DNA from: an uncultured Gammaproteobacteria bacterium
Lineage (GTDB): Bacteria; Patescibacteriota; Microgenomatia; Levybacterales; UBA12049
Length of the DNA stretch: 64,000 bases
NCBI GenBank assembly: GCA_964507055.1
Contig: CAZDOJ010000001.1
Span: 13,210-77,209, forward strand
Reading direction: 5' to 3'
The notes beneath the pieces were generated by a model. That model was not told the origin of the DNA and made no database searches. It saw only the letters and a program-made list of their open reading frames with translations. Positions within the stretch are counted from its first letter, which is position 1. The number at the start of each line of letters is the position of its first letter. Made by a program: the position numbers and the translations under genes. This document shows positions 57,280 through 64,000 of this stretch, piece by piece.

Positions 57280-58797
57280 TTAAAGTGTTTTCGGTAGATC
57301 TTGATCAGGTTCATCTTCTCCAGCAAAATCAACTGCATCGGTAGGTATTCCATGCTCTGACGCAAAGAATATAGGCATAGCAGCTTTCGTTATCTGAATT
57401 TGTTCTGGTTTTTCTGTAACCTTTGGTTTTGGAGTAATTTCGTCTATCATACCTAATTTTTCTGCTTCATCGCGAAGAGATGGTGCACCTAATGCTTGTG
57501 TGATCGCTGATGAAGACGTATCAATTACTTCTTCAGGCTCTCCAGAAGCTCGAATTTGCTCAACAGGAATACCTCCAATTTCAGTAATTTCATGTGCATA
57601 GCGTAATGTCCCATCAAGATTTTCAATAATTGCAGGTTGTGTCTCTACTTGAGTTTCGGGCTTTAGGCGGATTCTTTTATATTCGTATTGTTTTATCTTT
57701 TTAGGCCTTAGTCGTCCTTTGAGATATCGCTTGATGCGTCCTTCTTCGCCTGCTTCTTGATCTTCAGCTCTGGCTATCTCAGCAACTTCTTTTGTTCCAT
57801 CGTTCAGTGGTCGCCCTGCTATAATTCCTTGTGTCGAAGGTGGTGTAAATCCATTTTCTGTATAGAGCTGCTTCATTCTCGCCGCGTATGTTTTGTCTAC
57901 TTCTTCAGCCTGGCCGTAATCTCCTTGCAAATCAAAACCGAGCATTCTACGAAACTCATCACGTCTCCGTTCAACAATATTTGAAAGATTATCATCTAAT
58001 TCGATGGATGGATTTCCGCCTTTTATCGTTTCGCCTAGTTCAGGGATTTGGGCCATCCATGCATCATGAGCTCTTGCTGCTTCAGGGTGAAAGAGACGAT
58101 TATATCCATTCCATGGAGCAGCTTCGATAGCTGCAACCCATTTTTGGATTATTGCACGACGCTCCATGTATTCAGTGCGAAGTCGGTCACGATCTGCGAT
58201 CTCTTCAGCACTTGAACCAAGCGGATCCCATGGAATAAATGCGACAGTACCTGTAGCTCTGGATTTTCCATTTTTTCTTGGACCAAATAACACACCTCGC
58301 TGATGATCGGGATTTGCAACCGGACATCGACAGGAATAGGTACATACTTTTACTTCACTCTTGGGAATTATTTTATCAGGGGAGATATATACTTTTGCTT
58401 CATCAGTTAGTTCATCAAGGAGCTCTGTTGCAATACTGAGGGAGTCTGTTATCCCGGCTGCCATATCTTGCTCAGTTAATAAGTCCTTGGCTTCAAGTAC
58501 TGCCTGTTTGCCGAGGCGAAGTTCATGCCTTGTCGGTTCTGTTGAAGTTTCAGTGGCCGTTTTTTCTATATCCGTAGGGGAAATACCATGCAGCATTGCA
58601 GCAGTTACAAGTCCATCAGTTGCGAGTCTTCTTGCATCTGGATCATCAATCTGTTGAGCACTAACTAACGCAAAAGAAATAGGAAGCACATATCTATCTG
58701 CAAGTTCTCTCTCAGATTGAGCTGTCCGCTCTCGTGAAGCAGCTGGAATTCCATCCGGATGTGGATGTCTTGGTCGGAATCTATCAGGAGTGTTCAT
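57280..58797 (-). CDS. Tag-bearing protein 21 (minus strand), translationally coupled to the upstream VirD4-like ATPase.
   Basis: It ends 'DAVDFAGEDEPDQDLPKTL'. Its ATG lies 1 nt after the TAG stop of the ATPase gene. It has a Cys cluster 'CTYSCRCPVANPDHQRG'. Confidence 0.6.
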   Translation of the reverse strand: MNTPDRFRPRHPHPDGIPAASRERTAQSERELADRYVLPISFALVSAQQIDDPDARRLATDGLVTAAMLHGISPTDIEKTATETSTEPTRHELRLGKQAVLEAKDLLTEQDMAAGITDSLSIATELLDELTDEAKVYISPDKIIPKSEVKVCTYSCRCPVANPDHQRGVLFGPRKNGKSRATGTVAFIPWDPLGSSAEEIADRDRLRTEYMERRAIIQKWVAAIEAAPWNGYNRLFHPEAARAHDAWMAQIPELGETIKGGNPSIELDDNLSNIVERRRDEFRRMLGFDLQGDYGQAEEVDKTYAARMKQLYTENGFTPPSTQGIIAGRPLNDGTKEVAEIARAEDQEAGEEGRIKRYLKGRLRPKKIKQYEYKRIRLKPETQVETQPAIIENLDGTLRYAHEITEIGGIPVEQIRASGEPEEVIDTSSSAITQALGAPSLRDEAEKLGMIDEITPKPKVTEKPEQIQITKAAMPIFFASEHGIPTDAVDFAGEDEPDQDLPKTL

Positions 58798-58798
58798 A

Positions 58799-61700
58799 CT
58801 ACTTACCTAACTTTGGTGGCCCATCGTCTTTGCCTTTTTCATTTTTCTTTTCCATTTCATTGTAAAGTTCAACTTCTTGCTCCATAGTAAGTGGTGCATC
58901 TAATTCAGGACGAGGTTTTGGTTCAATTGCTGTTGTTTGTCCTCCAAGTACTTGTTTATCCGTTGGTGTGATATTTTGCGTTGGCTTAACTGTCTCTCCT
59001 TCAATAACAAATGAATCAGGTCTTCTTGCTAGTTCTCCACGTGGTTTTGGTCCAAGTCTTGGCCGTAGTGCTTCTATCTGTTTTGCAGTGACCAACTCAA
59101 CAAAGATTGGTCTACCATTTTTAAGTGCTACAATTCCTGTAAAGTCAGGCAATCTTGTAATATCTTCAGGTCTGACGATTGGTTCCCGTACGTCCTCATC
59201 AGTTTTTGTTGTTACAGTGATTTCTGGAATTCTTTGGCTTGGGTTCGTCGTCCTACTTATCTCTCCGCCTTTTCCTCGAGTAGTCGTTGTGCTGCGAGGC
59301 GTTCTATGTGCTGGAGTTGTTGCTTTACTTTCTTTTGTTACGGTACGAGTATGTTGTCCGAAATATGCACTAAATTCGTCAACAGTGGCTTTGTCATCAA
59401 GATTTGGGAGGAGTAATCTACCACCATGACTGTTACTTCTTACTGTAACATATCCATCTTGGGTCCAAATTCTTCGAGCCTGTCCACCATCTTGTATTGC
59501 CCCGAGATATTGCTGCCATCTCTTTCGAGAAAGTGCTAAGAATTGATCGTAGTTACGAATTGGTGCAATATGAGGCAATTCGTCCAGAGCTCCAAGCATT
59601 CGTGGTCCCATAGGTAATCCTTCGACACCGCGTCTTTCTGAATTTTCACCATGTGCTCTAAAATGTGTCATAAGATGTGCAAGGAAGAGCCCTCGGTATC
59701 GTTCTTGATCTGATTCGTGAGCCATCATATAAAGTGATGGACGATTTTCAAAGGTATCATCACTATACATAGTATTGGGATCAATTTCATGTACTTTCGT
59801 TGCATCTTGCACTTTTGGATCTGTCCAAGGTTCAAGTGCTTGGCGTGCCATTGTAATAGCTGATCGTGCGTTTTCTGCACCCGTTCGTAAACCTTCTTTT
59901 AAGTCGAGAAGTGCATTCCATGCCTGGACTGAATCTGATCGGAGTGCCAGACCTTCTCTAATTTTTTCTTGGTCACCGTAAGCTGCACCCTCAGCAATTA
60001 TTCTTCGTGCTTCACCTTCCTGCCATACACAGAATCCAGCAAGTTTTGGTAGGGGACTAAGTTGTCCTTTGATTGTAAAGCGTTGAGCGGCTTCAAGAAC
60101 GTGACCCATATGTCGGGGAGATTCCATATTATATCGTCCGTTGATATACAGTAATGGAGTCATCAACATACGTGCTTGACTATGCCAATAGTCCATATTG
60201 GAGTCGCTATCATTACCTTTGCTTATTCCACTGATAAGTTCGTTTGCAATTTTCATTGACTCAGACCATGTCCGTGTATGTTCAAGTGGATTCCATCGAT
60301 GGGTGCCTTCTCCTGAAGTATCAAGCGGATCCCATCTGTATACATCTCCATGAGAACGAGCCCAACCTTCAGTTTTTTTCCAGATTTCACTTCCAACAGC
60401 TGTTGATATCACCAGACCTCGTCTTGCGAGAATATTTGGAACAATGATTGATTCTGATTTACCTTGTCCTGTTGGTCCAACAACAAGTCCATGTCCACCT
60501 TCTCCTCCAGCAATGAGTCTTCCGCTACTTCGTCCCCAGATGATCCTGTCTCCGAGTTTATCTATGTTTCTGCTTGCGAAATAATCTTGTCTAGACATTT
60601 CTCTTCGTGTAGGCCAACCATATTCTGGATCTCCACGTCGACTTCTGCGACGCATTGCACGTGTATCATCGATCATCTGTTGGACGACAAAATCAACCCC
60701 ATCTCTCATTGCTCTCATAATTTCTGACTGGCTTCTGAATTCTGTTTGTTCAGTTATTCTTGTAGGACCATCGATATCTGGCATTCGTTCAGGGCGGGGA
60801 ATAACTCGTGTTCTTAGATGTTGAGGTTCTCTTCTTGTTGGGTTTGTTGAGGCTTCAGTAACCACTGGCTTTGCGTTGTCAGGGTGAGCTGGTTCTTTAC
60901 CCGTAGCGGGGACCACCAATACACCATTAACAAATTTCAGTTTTTCTGTTTGCTCCTCAACGGGAATATTTGGTGTACCGTCGAGTGGGATCGTACCTCG
61001 AATTTTGTCGGGAGTTAATGTGCTGAGGTCTTCTCCTGCAGGTACAATAATAAGATTCCCTTCATGAACAACAAGTCGTGCATTTGGGATTGAGCGTCGT
61101 TCTGTCCAGTGTACTTCGACTGTCTCAGCTTTTTCTCCACCGGACCAAAGGCGAATAGTTGTGTGCTCATTAACTTTTGTTTCAAAATACGTACCTTCCT
61201 CAGTTGACCTCTTTATTGCATTCTCACTGATTTCTCTCCATTTTTCATTGTAATCCTTCACAACTTGAGTAGCTGGTGCTTCCATCCGTGATCCTACTTT
61301 TTGCAATTCTTTTTGTACATCAGCAGCGAAAAGATCTAGATCTGGAAGTTCCTCTATATTTGGTAAACTAGGATCTTGATTTACTTTTGTTACTGTGCCT
61401 TGTAAGTCTTTCGTGGTGGAATTTTGTGTAAGCCTAATACCAAACTCAAGCGTTTCCCATTCTTTTTGTGTGAGGGGTCCTGATTTTTCTTTTAATCGTT
61501 CGGTTAAACCTGTGAGATCTGTTTCTATATGAGCAAGTATCGTAAATGCTGCATTTTGTCTTTGCACCTGGGTTCTGATTTCCTCTGGAATCGCTTCTAC
61601 CGGAAGATCTGATAATCGTTCAATAAGTTGATAATCAATATATTTAATGAGGACATTTCCCAATACTTTCTTTTCTGTTTCGGTTAGAGATTTTAGATCT

Positions 61701-62551
61701 CGTTGCATTTCATCTTCTGGAAGTGCAATTTCATCAGCAGTAGTTTCTTCAGCACCAGAAGGGTATGAAGGTGGTATCTTTCTATCTTCGACGGGAGCAC
61801 CTTCGGCTGAAACAGTTTGTTTCTGTGTTCCAGTTGTTTGTTCTTCTGAGCCGACTTTTTCAGTAACAGGAGCTTCTGTTGTCGAAATATCTTCTGTGCG
61901 GATTGTAGTTTGCAGGCCTGTATCTATCGTTGCTTGCTGATCTGTATCATCCGTAGATTCTCTACTACTGGAACCTGTTTGATGATCACTTCCTGTAGTA
62001 TCCTGCTCTGTGTCTGAACGATCATTCCCATGTGCATCGTCCTGACTAGATGTATCTTGTCTATCTGTCTGTTGGCTGTCTTCATTCGCTGTTTCTTGTT
62101 GTTCGGTTCTGACCTGATTTCTTTCAGTTTCTATTTGTGGTTGCTGAGGAACTTCATCACGAATAAAGGCTTGTTGTGTAAGAATACCTGCTCGTATATT
62201 AGATATTGGGTCTCGATCTCGTCCTAAGTAATTCTCATTTAAATTGGTCTGTAATTCTCCCGGGTTAGTTTGTGCAATGTCATACAGAGCAGATCCAATT
62301 TGATCAACTGTTTCTATTTCTGGGTTTCCAGTTAGTGTCCGAGCAATGTCTACATATGCAGCTTTAAGTGGAGCTTCTGCTCGTATAATTTGTTCTGCTG
62401 AGGGCCTATCTTTTCCGATAGATTTTGTGGCTTGTCTGCGAATATCTCCCAATACGAAAGAATTAATCCGTGCAATCCCAGCAGTTCTTGGATCAACTGC
62501 TTGATCTTTATGTTCATCTCCTGGTCTGCCAATTGGCCTTTCTGCTGCCAT
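58799..62551 (-). CDS. VirD4/TraG-like type IV coupling protein (T4CP)-family P-loop ATPase. It is atypical: it has no TM helices and carries a 650-aa acidic low-complexity N-terminal extension.
   Basis: The Walker A region is 'GLVVGPTGQGKSESIIVPNIL', compared with the VirD4 pattern 'GPTRSGKGVG.VIPNLL'. The downstream segment is 'GDVYRWDPLD....RWNPLE', compared with the VirD4 pattern 'v.fDP......fNPL'. The Walker-B-like segment is 'MLGALDELPHIAPI', compared with 'LLDEF..LG'. 'RKRWQQYLGAIQ' and the C-terminal 'EDITRLPDFTGIVALKNGRPIFV' are also present. A 'TGTTATAAT' box lies about 30 nt upstream on the minus strand. Confidence 0.7.
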   Translation of the reverse strand: MAAERPIGRPGDEHKDQAVDPRTAGIARINSFVLGDIRRQATKSIGKDRPSAEQIIRAEAPLKAAYVDIARTLTGNPEIETVDQIGSALYDIAQTNPGELQTNLNENYLGRDRDPISNIRAGILTQQAFIRDEVPQQPQIETERNQVRTEQQETANEDSQQTDRQDTSSQDDAHGNDRSDTEQDTTGSDHQTGSSSRESTDDTDQQATIDTGLQTTIRTEDISTTEAPVTEKVGSEEQTTGTQKQTVSAEGAPVEDRKIPPSYPSGAEETTADEIALPEDEMQRDLKSLTETEKKVLGNVLIKYIDYQLIERLSDLPVEAIPEEIRTQVQRQNAAFTILAHIETDLTGLTERLKEKSGPLTQKEWETLEFGIRLTQNSTTKDLQGTVTKVNQDPSLPNIEELPDLDLFAADVQKELQKVGSRMEAPATQVVKDYNEKWREISENAIKRSTEEGTYFETKVNEHTTIRLWSGGEKAETVEVHWTERRSIPNARLVVHEGNLIIVPAGEDLSTLTPDKIRGTIPLDGTPNIPVEEQTEKLKFVNGVLVVPATGKEPAHPDNAKPVVTEASTNPTRREPQHLRTRVIPRPERMPDIDGPTRITEQTEFRSQSEIMRAMRDGVDFVVQQMIDDTRAMRRRSRRGDPEYGWPTRREMSRQDYFASRNIDKLGDRIIWGRSSGRLIAGGEGGHGLVVGPTGQGKSESIIVPNILARRGLVISTAVGSEIWKKTEGWARSHGDVYRWDPLDTSGEGTHRWNPLEHTRTWSESMKIANELISGISKGNDSDSNMDYWHSQARMLMTPLLYINGRYNMESPRHMGHVLEAAQRFTIKGQLSPLPKLAGFCVWQEGEARRIIAEGAAYGDQEKIREGLALRSDSVQAWNALLDLKEGLRTGAENARSAITMARQALEPWTDPKVQDATKVHEIDPNTMYSDDTFENRPSLYMMAHESDQERYRGLFLAHLMTHFRAHGENSERRGVEGLPMGPRMLGALDELPHIAPIRNYDQFLALSRKRWQQYLGAIQDGGQARRIWTQDGYVTVRSNSHGGRLLLPNLDDKATVDEFSAYFGQHTRTVTKESKATTPAHRTPRSTTTTRGKGGEISRTTNPSQRIPEITVTTKTDEDVREPIVRPEDITRLPDFTGIVALKNGRPIFVELVTAKQIEALRPRLGPKPRGELARRPDSFVIEGETVKPTQNITPTDKQVLGGQTTAIEPKPRPELDAPLTMEQEVELYNEMEKKNEKGKDDGPPKLGK

Positions 62552-62697
62552 ATTTTTGGTATATGTGTAAGAAATGATGATTATAACATAGGATATGATT
62601 AATGAAAAGCTTGGTAGATTAATGTGATCAAAAAATCATACAGAAATCATACATCCTGTAGTAGTATTTTTACCAGTTTTTTGATAAAATATCCACC

Positions 62698-64000
62698 ATG
62701 GAGCCTAGAGAACCGAGAGGTTTCCGCAGAATTGCGGACAGATTATTATCTCCTGAACTACAGCGAGGAGATCCAAGAGGAAAAGCATTTACCATGGTAA
62801 ATGGTGGCCACGATGTTGAGGACATACCGCAGCTTAACCATTGGCGTGCACATGTTCGCACAGCATTGTCTATTACACCTACTGGGAAAAAAGTGATGCT
62901 TTATTTAGAGTCTGGAGCACTTACCACATTGCAATCTGAACGAATACAGCAATTAACCGATCAAGGTATGACATTGACTGATGCCGAAGCACAATTACGC
63001 TACGAAACTATAAATACTGGGGGACGTAAGTCTCGAAAAGATGCTGATAAGTGGAGGCCTGCATTGCGTCAACAGATACGAAGAGAACGTGAAGAAAACA
63101 GACAAACTTACCTTCTTGAAGTTCGAGATCAGGTAGATGCTCTGATCAGAGAATATCCAAATCGATTTGTTGTCACTTTAGAAGGACAAAGTGATGAAGT
63201 TCTTGATGCAAATAGTACATTTCAAGATGAAATTGAAGCACCTATTCCTACAAATGTGCGGTCTGGGCGTTTGATATCAGATCGGCGGGCACAGTTGGAA
63301 GACTGGGCAGCGAATCAAAAAGTTCGTGAAACTAAAATTGTTAAAGATATTACATCAGCAATGTCCAGAAAAGACGTACATGTTGGAGTAGGCTTACAAG
63401 GTGCATGGCATCACGGTGGCGTTGATGTTCAAGTTCGAGAAAATCTTCGTTTGCCTGATGATGTTTCGGGAAGAATTGTGACAAGTTCTTTTGCAGAATC
63501 TCACATGCCAGTTCAAGAGCGTGGACAGATTCTCTATCCGTTAAATCCTCAACTTGACCTCATGAGAAGAATTATTAATGGTGAAGCGATAAGTGATAAC
63601 GAGATTAGATTTGCGATAGAGGCAGAAACAATTGATTTTAATCAGATGACTCCTGAAGACGCTATCTTGAGAGGCACACGTCCGGAGGCCGATTCCTATC
63701 TCTCTGACTTTACAGCCGACACAATGGTGATCGGAGGAGTATATCCAACTGGAAAAAGTCCTGAATATTATAGAGATCAACAGCGATATGTTCGATTAAA
63801 AATGGCTTTGAATCAAGAAACCACGCAATTAAGGGCAGTATCTCCAAAGCAACAAGAAACGCAAGGAGATGATACTTCTTCATTGCATATACATGATTCC
63901 TCTGTGCGTGCACGGACCTATAGCGGATCTCCTGAGGACTATTCTTTATTATCTTTGTCGACACGCCAAACCATGGTTGCTATGGCAGGAGGAAGCGAAG
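62698..64000 (+). CDS. Family A paralog, divergent from the ATPase gene. The CDS is partial and continues past the window end.
   Basis: 'KAFTMVNGGHDVEDIPQLNHWRAHVRTALSITPTGKKVMLYLESGALTTLQSERIQQLTDQGMTLTDAEAQLRYE' aligns to the family A N-terminus. 'GVGLQGAWHHGGVDVQVREN' aligns to 'GWVGAxHTG'. The C-terminal tag region is not in the window. A 'TGATAAAAT' box lies 8 nt before the ATG. Confidence 0.55.
   Translation, partial: MEPREPRGFRRIADRLLSPELQRGDPRGKAFTMVNGGHDVEDIPQLNHWRAHVRTALSITPTGKKVMLYLESGALTTLQSERIQQLTDQGMTLTDAEAQLRYETINTGGRKSRKDADKWRPALRQQIRREREENRQTYLLEVRDQVDALIREYPNRFVVTLEGQSDEVLDANSTFQDEIEAPIPTNVRSGRLISDRRAQLEDWAANQKVRETKIVKDITSAMSRKDVHVGVGLQGAWHHGGVDVQVRENLRLPDDVSGRIVTSSFAESHMPVQERGQILYPLNPQLDLMRRIINGEAISDNEIRFAIEAETIDFNQMTPEDAILRGTRPEADSYLSDFTADTMVIGGVYPTGKSPEYYRDQQRYVRLKMALNQETTQLRAVSPKQQETQGDDTSSLHIHDSSVRARTYSGSPEDYSLLSLSTRQTMVAMAGGSE

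Noticed and set aside
58799-62551. The big ATPase as an FtsK/SpoIIIE or type VII (EssC/EccC-like) ATPase recognising WxG-type substrates, since the tag contains D-W-x-G.
   Set aside because: There is only one P-loop domain, no FHA or TM domains, and the NPL and 'PNIL' motifs fit VirD4/TraG better. Tagged proteins are 110-997 aa, not WXG100 hairpins. The idea is retained as a phylogeny-testable alternative.
7-63964. Numerous 60-150-aa ORFs in the track that overlap long genes on the opposite strand or in other frames, such as 7-288, 1612-2122, 4039-4555, 25448-25906, 52072-52287 and 63541-63964.
   Set aside because: These are wholly embedded in strongly supported longer CDSs. They have biased, Cys/Leu/Ser-rich translations typical of out-of-frame or antisense reading, and none has an upstream -10 box. 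They were treated as spurious.
1-64000. CRISPR arrays or other long direct repeats.
   Set aside because: No regularly spaced 25-40 nt repeats were found. The only recurring DNA motifs are promoter boxes, the 17-nt post-stop element and the tag-coding 3' ends.

Overview
This window comes from a low-GC, gene-dense bacterium that uses the standard genetic code. The first 24 kb is ordinary core genome and the remaining 40 kb is a novel accessory island. Several traits fit a reduced, possibly episymbiotic CPR/Patescibacteria-like lineage, but that assignment is inference. The traits are near-leaderless 'TGnTATAAT-N6-9-ATG' promoters, a ProRS without its editing domain, an rpsB-tsf-frr run lacking pyrH, and cohesin/dockerin surface proteins. 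Core region (1-24.1 kb): four minus-strand secreted or anchored surface proteins (Cna-B/SdrD-B-like repeats, a vWA domain, cohesin-like and dockerin modules); a thymidylate-synthesis supercluster (dcd, tmk, a tmk paralog, a dcd-like gene, a hypothetical, thyA, an NDT-like gene, folA, glyA); a vWA membrane protein in an operon with a Hint/bacterial-intein-like domain protein; rpsB-tsf-frr; an RseP-type site-2 protease; a GspG-like pseudopilin-domain protein; the oxidative pentose-phosphate operon pgl-zwf-gnd; and proS. Accessory island (24.9 kb to beyond 64.0 kb): an unbroken plus-strand array of 20 genes, each with its own -10 box a few nucleotides from the ATG. The encoded proteins are otherwise unrelated: a sigma-70-like factor, two multi-HTH proteins, a two-Rossmann FAD/NAD(P) oxidoreductase, and three paralogous families of unknown fold. 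All end in the same short acidic C-terminal tag, consensus (I/V)-D-W-x-G-x-(D/E)-D-P-(D/E)-x-G-P-x-(R/K)-(S/T)-L-COOH. Downstream and convergent with the array sits a minus-strand 1250-aa VirD4/TraG-like P-loop ATPase with motifs of a type IV coupling protein. It has no transmembrane helices and carries a 650-aa acidic low-complexity N-terminal extension. It is translationally coupled to a 21st tag-bearing gene, and a further gene runs off the window end that is homologous to one of the island families, although its C-terminal tag cannot be seen. My main hypothesis is that this is a previously undescribed secretion-substrate (effector) repertoire: a modular C-terminal translocation signal recognised by the adjacent type IV coupling protein-like ATPase. 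No rRNA, tRNA, CRISPR array or transposase was detected.
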